From Candidatus Hydrothermarchaeum profundi (GTDB lineage Archaea > Hydrothermarchaeota > Hydrothermarchaeia > Hydrothermarchaeales > Hydrothermarchaeaceae), in the NCBI GenBank assembly GCA_002011125.2, contig MTMF02000009.1, positions 1,850,286 through 1,914,285 on the forward strand: DNA of 64,000 nt. Reading direction: 5' to 3'. Position 1 is the stretch's first letter; each line of letters begins with the position of its first letter. The position numbers and the translations under genes were made by a program. The notes beneath the pieces were generated by a model. It did not search any database. It was given only the letters and a program-made list of their open reading frames with translations, and was not told where the DNA came from. Of the stretch, positions 1 through 9,330 are shown in pieces.

Positions 1-267
1 ACCAAAGTCCTCTTCTTCTTGGTATCTTGTAGATCTTGCTGTATGAGACGCTATCCTGTGCTCCAGCAACTCCCTACTGAGAGCCACGCTTATTCCGGAA
101 AGGTTGAAAGTGAAAGATATGTGCTCCAATGCACTTGAGTAGTCGTTCTCAACTATCATTCTAACTATCTCTTCATCGCTCATGCCTCCTGGGACACCAC
201 TCACCCTAGCTGACTGGGCTACTAGCTCTATTCCTCCCTCGGTATATTTCAACAGCTCTACCTTCAT
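1..267 (-). CDS. thyX: FAD-dependent thymidylate synthase ThyX, N-terminal part (runs off window edge)
   Basis: Not in ORF track. Manual translation MKVELLKYTEGGIELVAQSARVSG...SALEHISFTF...SRELLEHRIASHTARSTRYQ contains the EH..FTF and xHRx7S ThyX motifs. Confidence 0.8.
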   Translation of the reverse strand, partial: MKVELLKYTEGGIELVAQSARVSGVPGGMSDEEIVRMIVENDYSSALEHISFTFNLSGISVALSRELLEHRIASHTARSTRYQEEEDFG

Positions 268-314
268 TTTACACCCAAAAATTTTACTTTCTCTAAAGGC
301 ATTTAAATACTTCT

Positions 315-1088
315 ATGGAATTCGCAATAGTAGGAAATCCTACTATAGACCTTGTGAATGATGAAGAGAGGATAGGAGGTGCAGTGATATATACATCTCT
401 CACCATTGCGAATTTAGGGTATCCAGTGACGGTGATCGGAAATCATGGCACTGATTTTAATTTTTCAGACGAGCGTATTGACTCTCGTCTTAAAGAGAGA
501 GGGAGGACTGCTAGATTCTCTTTTAACAGCGGATTTGAGATAATCGAAAAAGGAGAGGCGATATCAGTAAAAGATGTAAAGGGCATAGAAGGCAAAATTA
601 TCCACTGTGCTCCGATATTTAATGAGATTAGTCCTTCACTGTTACGCTACTTAAGAAGAATAACGCCCTTTCTTTCTGCCGACGCTCAGGGATTCCTGCG
701 CAGAGAAAAAATGAAAAAAGTGTATCTCGCTGACTATAGCCTCCCAGTAAAACTCGATTTTCTTAAAGCTTCTGAGGAAGAGTCACTATTTATCGAGGCA
801 GAGAGCGATATACTTTCAATTACTTTAGGGGATAGAGGTGCCAAGATTATAGCGGGAGAGGTCTACAAGATACCGGCTTTTAAGACGAAGGCAGTGGACT
901 GCATTGGCGCTGGAGATGTATTTTGCGGGGCCTTTTTAGTTAGATATATGGAAACAAAGGATGTATACCAATCTGGTTTATTTGCATCAGCGGCTGCATC
1001 TATTTCTTGTGAAGGTAGGGGAATACATTCCATACCACAGAGGAACGAGGTCATTGATAGAATTAGAAAGTATGAAATGAATTACTAA
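315..1088 (+). CDS. PfkB/ribokinase-family carbohydrate kinase
   Basis: N-terminal GG..Y motif and C-terminal DCIGAGDVF PfkB signature. Confidence 0.85.
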   Translation: MEFAIVGNPTIDLVNDEERIGGAVIYTSLTIANLGYPVTVIGNHGTDFNFSDERIDSRLKERGRTARFSFNSGFEIIEKGEAISVKDVKGIEGKIIHCAPIFNEISPSLLRYLRRITPFLSADAQGFLRREKMKKVYLADYSLPVKLDFLKASEEESLFIEAESDILSITLGDRGAKIIAGEVYKIPAFKTKAVDCIGAGDVFCGAFLVRYMETKDVYQSGLFASAAASISCEGRGIHSIPQRNEVIDRIRKYEMNY

Positions 1089-1134
1089 GTCCTCTAACGT
1101 AAAACTCGAATGTTAGTGGAAATCAACTCAGAGG

Positions 1135-1269
1135 TTAATCAGACCCAAGGAAGTTTTTCTTACATTCCTCAGAGCAGAAGTCTTTTCCTTCCATCACAGG
1201 GGCATTACAGTTAATGCACCTATGCTTTGTATCCCATCCAAAATACTTGGGTTTTCCTAGTGCCACCAT
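1135..1269 (-). CDS. Small Zn-ribbon protein (DUF2116-like), 44 aa
   Basis: GGAGGG upstream of ATG at 1269; HRCINC...FCSEEC. The longer track ORF overlaps hel308 and is likely over-extended. Confidence 0.7.
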   Translation of the reverse strand: MVALGKPKYFGWDTKHRCINCNAPVMEGKDFCSEECKKNFLGSD

Positions 1270-1378
1270 AACCCTCCAACGAAAATTGGGATATTTCTTA
1301 AGGTATATATGCTTTTGGGTATACTTCCACTGGAAATTGTAATTAAGGTTTTTAAATACCTCCCAATAAACTCTCTCT

Positions 1379-3580
1379 ATGCACGTTGATGAACTCGTTG
1401 ACAGCGGGATTCCTACAAGAGTTATAGAAGTTCTAAAAGATAACGGTATTACAAAACTGTATCCCCCACAGAGAGATGCCGTATATGAAGGACTTCTAGA
1501 TCTTAAGGAGTCTTTTGTCATAGCAGTTCCAACCGCCAGCGGAAAGACTCTAATAGCTGAGCTTCTAATGGTTAAATCCATACTTGACCGAGGGGGAAAA
1601 TGCCTGTATATCGTGCCCTTGAGAGCTCTAGCTAACGAGAAGCTTGAAGAGTTTAGAAAATACGAAAAGTTAGGGATAAGAGTAGCTATCTCTACGGGGG
1701 ATTATGACTCCTCTGATCCCTGGCTTACCAACTATGATATTATAATTACTACGAGCGAAAAAGCAGACTCGCTACTTAGGCATAGAAGCGAATGGCTAGG
1801 GATGGTTAAAGTACTTGTAGCAGATGAGATCCATCTGATAAACGATGCTGGCAGAGGACCTACTCTCGAGGTGACTATAGCTAAACTCAGGCATCTTAAC
1901 CCGCAGCTGATAGTCCTAGGATTAAGCGCAACAATCAAAAATGCAGATGAGATAGCTTCATGGCTTAACGCAAAGCTAATTAAAAGCGAATGGAGGCCAG
2001 TTACCCTGCGAAAAGGAGTGTACTTTAACGGCGAAATCTTATTTGATGACTCAAGTATAATTGAAGTAGAGCCTCTCACTAATGGAGAGCTGTTTAACCT
2101 TGCCCTAGAACCGGTTAAAGAGAGCGGGCAGAGCCTAGTTTTTGTAAATACTAGAGCTAGTACAGAGAGATTTGCACTCGATATCTCGCGGATTTCGAAG
2201 AAATTTATCTCAAACTCAGAAACCAAAGCTTTGAAAGATATAGCTGATGAGGCTCTTAACGTACTTGCTGAACCGACTAGAATATGTAAGAGACTAAGCA
2301 AATGTATTGAATGTGGATCAGCTTTTCATCATGCAGGGCTAGCCGCTGAGCAGAGACGTATCGTTGAAGAAGCTTTCAAGAATAATCTAATAAAAGTCCT
2401 CTCTGCAACACCTACTCTTGCTGCAGGAGTAAATCTGCCTGCTAGGAGAGTTATTATACGAGACTACAAGCGCTATGAGCCTTCTCTAGGACAGTCCCAT
2501 ATACCTGTATTAGAGATTCATCAAATGTGTGGCAGGGCTGGAAGACCGAAATACGATGAGTATGGGGAGGCTATACTAGTAGCAAAAAGCTTTGATGAGA
2601 GGTCTTTTCTGCTTGACAATTATATTTTAGCAGAGCCTGAAGCGATTTATTCAAAGTTAGCTATGGAATCCGTACTCCGGGTTCATACCCTTGCGACGAT
2701 AGTGACAGGGTTTGCGAATACCAAGCAGGGCCTCATAGATTTCTTCTCAAAGACTTTCTTCTCCTTTCAGCAGGACCCTTGGGTACTAGAGGGTGCAATA
2801 ATGAAATCACTCGAGTTTCTAATGCGTGAAAGCCTACTAGAAGAGAAAGGAGAATATATTACCCCAACCCCCTTTGGGAGTAGAACCTCCGAGCTTTACA
2901 TTGACCCTGTAAGCGCGGTAATTTTAAGAAATGCCTTATTTAAAGCGAGAGATAGGGATACAAATGAGATATCATATCTTCAGGCTATCGCTGGTACCCC
3001 TGAACTCGGGAAAATGTATCTGAGGAAGAAAGACTATGATGCATGCCTCGAATTTGCTTATGAGCATGAGAACTATCTACTATTTGGGATACCAAGTGAG
3101 ATAATCGATCCATGGAATTTTGAGGAGTTCCTCTCAAATTTGAAAACTGTAATGTTTTTTAAAGACTGGATAGAGGAGGTAAGTGAAGAATTTCTCTTGA
3201 AAAAGTATAATCTAGGCCCGGGGGATATCCATAATAAGGTAGAGCTAGCTGACTGGCTACTCTACTCTATGGCAGAGATAGGGAAGCTCTTCAAGATACC
3301 TAAGATCAGAGAAGTTTTAAAACTACGTGTGAGGGTAAAGCATGGAATAAAAGAAGAACTTCTACCGCTGATAACTCTCAGAGGTATAGGTAGAGCACGT
3401 GCGAGGAGGTTATTTGCTAGAGGATATAGAACTTTGGGTGATATACGTAAGGCAGATGTAAAAGAGCTTTCTAGAGTTGAGATGATAGGAGAGAAGCTAG
3501 CTAAAAGTATAAAGTCACAACTCGAAGGAAAAGAAGAAAAAGTAGGTATAGAAAGACAAAGTAGACTTGCAGATTTTTAA
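1379..3580 (+). CDS. hel308: Ski2-like SF2 DNA helicase Hel308/Hjm
   Basis: PTASGKT Walker A, DEIH, QMCGRAGRP motif VI, C-terminal HhH. Confidence 0.95.
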   Translation: MHVDELVDSGIPTRVIEVLKDNGITKLYPPQRDAVYEGLLDLKESFVIAVPTASGKTLIAELLMVKSILDRGGKCLYIVPLRALANEKLEEFRKYEKLGIRVAISTGDYDSSDPWLTNYDIIITTSEKADSLLRHRSEWLGMVKVLVADEIHLINDAGRGPTLEVTIAKLRHLNPQLIVLGLSATIKNADEIASWLNAKLIKSEWRPVTLRKGVYFNGEILFDDSSIIEVEPLTNGELFNLALEPVKESGQSLVFVNTRASTERFALDISRISKKFISNSETKALKDIADEALNVLAEPTRICKRLSKCIECGSAFHHAGLAAEQRRIVEEAFKNNLIKVLSATPTLAAGVNLPARRVIIRDYKRYEPSLGQSHIPVLEIHQMCGRAGRPKYDEYGEAILVAKSFDERSFLLDNYILAEPEAIYSKLAMESVLRVHTLATIVTGFANTKQGLIDFFSKTFFSFQQDPWVLEGAIMKSLEFLMRESLLEEKGEYITPTPFGSRTSELYIDPVSAVILRNALFKARDRDTNEISYLQAIAGTPELGKMYLRKKDYDACLEFAYEHENYLLFGIPSEIIDPWNFEEFLSNLKTVMFFKDWIEEVSEEFLLKKYNLGPGDIHNKVELADWLLYSMAEIGKLFKIPKIREVLKLRVRVKHGIKEELLPLITLRGIGRARARRLFARGYRTLGDIRKADVKELSRVEMIGEKLAKSIKSQLEGKEEKVGIERQSRLADF

Positions 3581-3909
3581 TGGAGAAACTTTATTTTATC
3601 GTAATTCTTTTATTCGATAGAGTTACGTTGGGTAATAGGATGTACCCTGTGCTGTTAGAACTCTTCTTTTCGAAAGATTCCTCTGAGGTTGGAAAAGTTA
3701 GAGAGATCGCAGTTAAGGCCTTGAAAAAGCTAGATGTAGCCGTTTTAGTGGAGAGGGATATTTCAGAATATTCTAATACGGAACTAGCTGCGAGATATGG
3801 GATAAAATATTTCCCCTCCCTTCTCCTGAACCATGCTTACAAGATAGGAATCCCCAGATCTGAAAGAGAACTACTCTGGATATTCAGGAGATATGGATTA
3901 AAAGTATAG
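3580..3909 (+). CDS. Thioredoxin-fold protein without CxxC (true start may be 3640)
   Basis: ELFFS...AARYGIKYFPSLLLN resembles the Trx cis-Pro motif; no cysteines. Confidence 0.5.
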   Translation: MEKLYFIVILLFDRVTLGNRMYPVLLELFFSKDSSEVGKVREIAVKALKKLDVAVLVERDISEYSNTELAARYGIKYFPSLLLNHAYKIGIPRSERELLWIFRRYGLKV

Positions 3910-3947
3910 ATATCCTTTTCTAACTAGCAACCAATGGACATCGCTAA

Positions 3948-4706
3948 TCAAATGCTTGGAAGATTTGAAATCCCGCCGCTAATGAAGATAGCACCCAGTA
4001 TTATGCTCAGTATTGCGGTAAAAAGTGCAACTACTTTATAAACACCCTCTCTAGTTAATGACTTTTTATATCCAAAAGTGGCTAGAACTCCCAACAAAGA
4101 GTTGTTAAGTATAACTCCAAAAGTGAAGATGCCTATCATAACGGCTCCGATAAAAGTCTTATCAGCTATTCCAGCAGTTGTAGCTAGTACAAAAACGAGC
4201 ATCTGTGTAGGAGTCTCTGCCCCCAGAGCATGAATTCCTCCAATCATGAAGGCAGTTTTACCTCCATAGCCACTTTCCAAGATTTTTCGGGTTTTTCTTT
4301 CTTTTCCTATAAGTTTTGCTGCTAATATATCATATGCTGTTAGTATACCGTTAAGAAGAAGCGCCCATCTTGGGAGTAATCGAAAATCTGAGTTAGCGTG
4401 TTTATAGAGAGAATAAAAAACATATCCTCCCAAGAAAATCAATGTAAAACCAACTACCTTTTCCATTATAGTTAGAAACTCTTTAGGGATAGAAAGACCT
4501 AGCCACAGACCCACTAAACCTATAAAAGCCACTATAGTACCATGACCAATACTATAGAAAAAGCTAAGGATTAAGCCCCGATGAACACTCGTTTGTGAGC
4601 TTGTTATATCGAATATAGCTGCGATATGATCGTAGTCTAGTCCATGTTTAAAACCAAGGAAAAGAGAAGCAATAATAAGTAAAAATACCTGAGTATTATG
4701 AAACAT
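3948..4706 (-). CDS. NiCoT/HoxN-like nickel/cobalt permease
   Basis: HGLDYDH signature, GHG motif, multiple TM segments. Confidence 0.8.
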   Translation of the reverse strand: MFHNTQVFLLIIASLFLGFKHGLDYDHIAAIFDITSSQTSVHRGLILSFFYSIGHGTIVAFIGLVGLWLGLSIPKEFLTIMEKVVGFTLIFLGGYVFYSLYKHANSDFRLLPRWALLLNGILTAYDILAAKLIGKERKTRKILESGYGGKTAFMIGGIHALGAETPTQMLVFVLATTAGIADKTFIGAVMIGIFTFGVILNNSLLGVLATFGYKKSLTREGVYKVVALFTAILSIILGAIFISGGISNLPSI

Positions 4707-4823
4707 GCAACTATCCTAACTTAAATTAGTTTTTATAATTAACGATTCTAATAACATTTATTATCTAAATGAATAAGATTTAAATTTTTTATCATTGTTA
4801 GATATCCCTTTAATTTCGGTATT

Positions 4824-5387
4824 ATGAGATTCCTGCTACTCTTCTTCCTCCTCTTAGCTCTCCCATCAGCTGTTGGAGCCTCAGAAACTGTGCTCTACGT
4901 CGAGCTGACAAGCGGAAAGAACGCCTACTTGACGATAGAAAAAATTTCACCAGAGAACTTTGCCGAGATTAAAAAGCTTATCTCAAATCCTATGGTACAG
5001 TCTGCTATAATTCAAAGATTGGCTGTATTATATTGCGGGAATATACGGGACTTCTCAATAACAGCTAGCGCAGAGCGTGTTTATGTTGATGTCCAATGTG
5101 CTTTCGCAAGCAACGAAGGGAGTTATTGGATGGTTGAAAAGAAGGATCTGACCGGGGAGGCAACTCCATTTTATCTTGAGATAAAACTGCCAAAAGGATA
5201 CGAGCTGGTACATACTGACCCAAATCCTGATGTAATTTCTGGGAACATTCTAAGATGGAAAAAAACAACTATAATACCAATGCTCGTCTATAAAAAAAGC
5301 CATCCATATTTAAGAATCTTCCTAGCGAACTGGGGCGCTACTATTCTCGTTGCTTTAATATATGCACGTAAAAAAGCACTACGATAA
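4824..5387 (+). CDS. Secreted, membrane-anchored hypothetical protein
   Basis: N-terminal signal peptide, C-terminal TM followed by basic tail. Confidence 0.6.
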   Translation: MRFLLLFFLLLALPSAVGASETVLYVELTSGKNAYLTIEKISPENFAEIKKLISNPMVQSAIIQRLAVLYCGNIRDFSITASAERVYVDVQCAFASNEGSYWMVEKKDLTGEATPFYLEIKLPKGYELVHTDPNPDVISGNILRWKKTTIIPMLVYKKSHPYLRIFLANWGATILVALIYARKKALR

Positions 5388-5738
5388 TGCTTCTTTTAAT
5401 GCGCTCTTTTCTGTGAAACCGATAAAGACGGTCTTCACCCCGCCACTTTGATTGAAAACTACTATAGTAGGAAGGGTACCTGTAATACTATACCTCGCCA
5501 GAAGCTTCCGATTCTCGTCTGCATTTAACTTCAGAAAAACTATTTTGTCGTCGTATTCCTCTTTTAGTCCCTGTATGATCGGCTCTTGTTGTTTACAAAC
5601 TGCACACCACTCGGCATAGAAGTATAAGACTACAGGTTTGCCTGAGTTTAAGGCTGAATTCAATTCCTTCTCGCCAATCTCCTGAGCACTTCCAAGGCAA
5701 CCCGCTATGAGTAAAAGTATAAGTATCCCTTCTCTCAT
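5379..5738 (-). CDS. Exported thioredoxin-family protein
   Basis: Lipobox-like LIAGC and WCAVC active site. Confidence 0.85.
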   Translation of the reverse strand: MREGILILLLIAGCLGSAQEIGEKELNSALNSGKPVVLYFYAEWCAVCKQQEPIIQGLKEEYDDKIVFLKLNADENRKLLARYSITGTLPTIVVFNQSGGVKTVFIGFTEKSALKEALS

Positions 5739-5923
5739 TTTTCTTTAGCCATTTCGAGTAAGATAGCAATACCTAGTACAACGAGTAATAGGCCGAAAAA
5801 GTACGCTATGTAATCTTCAATGGTATAGTCCCTTACACCTGCCTCTGTGGCAGATACTATTTGAAATTCTAATAGCACTGCAACAACGCTTATAATGCGC
5901 ACAGGTAATAAGTGACCTAACAC
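5735..5923 (-). CDS. Small membrane protein
   Basis: Two hydrophobic segments; 4-bp overlap with the thioredoxin gene. Confidence 0.5.
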   Translation of the reverse strand: MLGHLLPVRIISVVAVLLEFQIVSATEAGVRDYTIEDYIAYFFGLLLVVLGIAILLEMAKEK

Positions 5924-6046
5924 CTTATAATAATTTTTCTAAAAGTATATACATAAATAAAAACTCTATTTTTGAGCTATTTACAAAATTTTACTAGGTA
6001 TTTCCTTTGGTTTATAAGGTTAAATCTATACTGGAGATGAAAAACT

Positions 6047-6856
6047 GTGGAACCCTTTAGATTAGCATTCTGGATGTTTCCAGAAAAAATAAAAATAGCA
6101 TTTTATTTACTTTTTTTATTATCTATTACCCTTTTCTTAGTAGGCTTCTATAGTAGGCTTTCTATCTGGATGAAAGGGAAAAACAACTGCGATAAATTAT
6201 CTGGATTAAATAAATTGGGATTGTTAAAACTTATTTTTTTAAAAATGTTTTCTAGAGATTGCATTTTAGCCAAGAGAGTATTCGCACAGAGTTATCTACG
6301 TGGATTCGCATTACTTGGAATAATCTGGAGCCTGATATTAATATTTCTTAGTACAGTCTTAGTCACTGTAGACCATATTTTAGGAACTAACCTTATAACC
6401 GTTAATAACGTCACCTTTCCCTATTATTCCTTTTTATTCGATATAGCTGGTTTCTTTCTGCTTTTTGGACTCATCTTTGCGCTGACGAGGAGATACCTAT
6501 TTGCTAAAAATATCAGCACATTCGAAGATTGGGGTATACTCTTACTGATTCTAATGATAGTAATCACAGGATTTCTCTCAGAAGGGCTGAGACTTGCAGC
6601 CTGGGGTTTAACTGATCTTACTACTCTAGAATCCCCGTTCGGAATGCTTGTAGCTTATTTACTCAGTTCTCTAACAAACTTGGAAGTAGTTGAAACAATA
6701 AACATTCTTAGAATAACGATGGCTTTGCATCTTTTATTCACGATTTTCTTAATAGCATACATTCCATTCTCTAGTCTTTTCCACATGTTTGCAGCGCAGA
6801 TAACAACATTCATATCATCTACACGATACGAGGGTTATATCCATGAAGAAAATTGA
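6047..6856 (+). CDS. NarI/HdrE/DsrM-like membrane (cytochrome b type) subunit
   Basis: TRRY, ITGFLSEGLR and LH...YIPFSSLFH pattern; several TM helices. Confidence 0.8.
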   Translation: MEPFRLAFWMFPEKIKIAFYLLFLLSITLFLVGFYSRLSIWMKGKNNCDKLSGLNKLGLLKLIFLKMFSRDCILAKRVFAQSYLRGFALLGIIWSLILIFLSTVLVTVDHILGTNLITVNNVTFPYYSFLFDIAGFFLLFGLIFALTRRYLFAKNISTFEDWGILLLILMIVITGFLSEGLRLAAWGLTDLTTLESPFGMLVAYLLSSLTNLEVVETINILRITMALHLLFTIFLIAYIPFSSLFHMFAAQITTFISSTRYEGYIHEEN

Positions 6857-8045
6857 CTTGATATCAGGGCTTAATAAAAGAGAGCTAATCGAACTAGACG
6901 CCTGCACGAGATGTAGAAAATGCGTCGAATGGTGTCCAATTGTATCTACTACGGGTAAATATGATAACACTCCTATGGACAAAATTAAGAGTTATAGGAG
7001 CTTTATACAAAATACTCACGGGCTACGAGGGCGCCTTTTAGGTAGTAGAATAGACGAGCGTAAACTCGAAGAGTTCGCTTATAATCTCTATGACTGCACT
7101 TCATGTGGGAGATGCGGCGTAGTATGCCCCGTTGGAATACATTGCCAAGAGCTTTGGGTAGACGTACGAGCGATTATGAGGAAACTTGGATACGGCCCTC
7201 AAGACAAGGTTGACGTTGCCCTCCACATTATGGAAAAAGTGCATAATCCATTCGACTTGCCTATAGAGAAGAGGAACGAGTGGATCCCAGAAGACCTTCT
7301 AGTTCAAGAAAAGGCAGATCTAGCATTCTTTGTAGGATGTGAATTAGCCTACCGAGCCAAGCCTATGGCGGTAGGTGCGGTTAGACTACTTCAAAGCTCT
7401 GAAACACCTTATACCCTTCTAGATGACGAATGGTGCTGTGGATTCCCTCTATATATCCTAGGGGAGAGAGGTATGGAATTTATTGGAGAAGTCAAAAATA
7501 ACGTTAAAAAACTAAGAGAAAAAGGAGTTAAGGAGGTGACTACTTATTGCCCATGCTGCCTTAACGTTATGAAAAGGGGCTGGCCAGAAGTCATAGAGGT
7601 GCCATTCAAAATTTCCCATATCTTCCAGATACTATCAGAAAAAATTAAGGCAGGTAGATTAAAATTCACTAAAAGCTTTGATGGAAAAGTTACTTATCAC
7701 GATCCTTGTTATCTTTCAAGAGGATGGAAGGAGGGTGAAAACATAATAGAAGAACCAAGAAGGATAATAAACAGTATTCCCGGAGCTGATCTAGTTGAGA
7801 TGGAGCACAATAAGAAGCTTTCCTTATGTCCTGGATCTGGAGGAGGATTAAGGAGAATCAATCTTCCTTTATCCCATAAAATGTCGGTACCTGTGTTAAA
7901 GGAAGCGGACGCTACAGGAGCAGAGGTCTTACTCACTGCCTGCCCCGCGGTATATGAAAGGCTGAAGATGACGGTAGAAGAAGGGATATATGCCCCAAAA
8001 GTTGAGATAATGGACTTATTACAATTTGCTTCAAACCACTTATAA
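6843..8045 (+). CDS. HdrD/GlpC-like Fe-S oxidoreductase with CCG domains
   Basis: Two CxxCxxCxxxCP ferredoxin motifs, WCCG, CPCC, YHDPCY. Confidence 0.9.
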   Translation: MKKIDLISGLNKRELIELDACTRCRKCVEWCPIVSTTGKYDNTPMDKIKSYRSFIQNTHGLRGRLLGSRIDERKLEEFAYNLYDCTSCGRCGVVCPVGIHCQELWVDVRAIMRKLGYGPQDKVDVALHIMEKVHNPFDLPIEKRNEWIPEDLLVQEKADLAFFVGCELAYRAKPMAVGAVRLLQSSETPYTLLDDEWCCGFPLYILGERGMEFIGEVKNNVKKLREKGVKEVTTYCPCCLNVMKRGWPEVIEVPFKISHIFQILSEKIKAGRLKFTKSFDGKVTYHDPCYLSRGWKEGENIIEEPRRIINSIPGADLVEMEHNKKLSLCPGSGGGLRRINLPLSHKMSVPVLKEADATGAEVLLTACPAVYERLKMTVEEGIYAPKVEIMDLLQFASNHL

Positions 8046-8186
8046 GACTGGTACTTTTTTTAAAGATTATTAGGCATTAACATTTTTTTATTCAGATGAT
8101 AACTTTTAATTATAGATACATACCATATTAAATGAGGGGGCCATATGTTTGGCTCTGGTGTTGTGTTTTTTAGGAGGTGAGTTGTT

Positions 8187-8633
8187 TTGGCTGAGGCTAA
8201 GGAGTTGTCTGCGGAGGAGGCCGACAGGTATATGGAGGAGGTCATGGGCTTTACGCCCAGGATGTTTAAGGTGATTAACACGGTTAACCCTGAGGCTGGT
8301 AAGACCTTCGCGGACTTCTATAACAGTATATGGAAGGACGCCGCTCTTTCTAAGAAGGTTAAGGAGCTTATCTTCACCGCCATAGGCGTCGCCAACATGT
8401 CCCCTAGGTGCCTTATACACGTTATACCCGCGTTAAAGGCAGGGGCTACGACGGCAGAGATATTTGAGGCGGTATCGGTCGGCGTTATAGCCGCTGGCTT
8501 CGTGCCCAACGGCAAGGGCATACCCTACGCCTTCGAATACGCTGCCAAGGTACTAGAGATAGCAGACAAATACAGCAAAGGCGAAGAATGGGAATACCTG
8601 CTGCCGCCAAAATTCGACCACGGCATACATTAA
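8187..8633 (+). CDS. Carboxymuconolactone decarboxylase/AhpD-like protein
   Basis: LSKKVKELIFTAIGV..SPRCLIH..ALKAGATTAEIFEA pattern; strong SD before TTG. Confidence 0.85.
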   Translation: MAEAKELSAEEADRYMEEVMGFTPRMFKVINTVNPEAGKTFADFYNSIWKDAALSKKVKELIFTAIGVANMSPRCLIHVIPALKAGATTAEIFEAVSVGVIAAGFVPNGKGIPYAFEYAAKVLEIADKYSKGEEWEYLLPPKFDHGIH

Positions 8634-8648
8634 ACAGTTTGATACCTA

Positions 8649-9017
8649 ATGAGCGATAAAAGGATTATATTCCTATTGAAGACGGGCTTTAATCAACCGG
8701 GCATTACTAGAGCTGCCTTAATGTTTTCCTCTATTAGTGCGGCCATGGACGTAGATACCATTGTTTACTGCGTTCAGGAAGGCGCGGATATCTTAGTTAG
8801 AGGAGCAGTAGACAAGGAAGAAGCTAAGCCGGGTATCCCAACGATAAAGCAACGGCTTGAAGAAGCCATAGATGCGGGGGTTAGATTTGAGATATGTGAC
8901 GCTACAGCTAAGGTTAGAGGAATCAAAAAGGAGGAACTAATTCCTCAAGCCAGGATAGTTGGCGCAGCCAGGTTGATAGACTTGGCCTTGGATAGTGATA
9001 AAGTAATTAGTTTTTGA
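8649..9017 (+). CDS. DsrE-family sulfur carrier/peroxiredoxin-like protein
   Basis: GVRFEIC conserved Cys, IVGAA..IDLAL.SDKVISF C-terminus. Confidence 0.8.
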   Translation: MSDKRIIFLLKTGFNQPGITRAALMFSSISAAMDVDTIVYCVQEGADILVRGAVDKEEAKPGIPTIKQRLEEAIDAGVRFEICDATAKVRGIKKEELIPQARIVGAARLIDLALDSDKVISF

Positions 9018-9035
9018 TATGGAGGGTAAGGGATA

Positions 9036-9275
9036 ATGGTGACTGAGTATAAAGCCGACAGAGTACTTGACGTTAAAGGGCTCACTTGCCCGTATCCTGT
9101 ACTGAAGACTAAGAAATTAATGGATCAAATGAAGCCTGGAGAAATCCTTGAAGTCATTGCTACAGATGATGGCTGTAAGACGGACTTGCCTGCATGGGCA
9201 AAGCGCACTGGAAATGAATTCCTAGGAATGTTTGAGAATACCAACTTCACTAGATTCTTTATTAAGAAAAAGTAG
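9036..9275 (+). CDS. tusA: TusA-family sulfurtransferase
   Basis: LDVKGLTCPYP motif. Confidence 0.9.
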   Translation: MVTEYKADRVLDVKGLTCPYPVLKTKKLMDQMKPGEILEVIATDDGCKTDLPAWAKRTGNEFLGMFENTNFTRFFIKKK

Positions 9276-9330
9276 AATACTTCAATAGCCTCACTCAGAG
9301 AAACCATTATATCAAGCCTTATGGTAGATT

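Noticed and set aside
6843-9275. Selenocysteine recoding in the Hdr-like/DsrE/TusA genes
   Set aside because: No in-frame TGA at Cys positions and no SECIS seen
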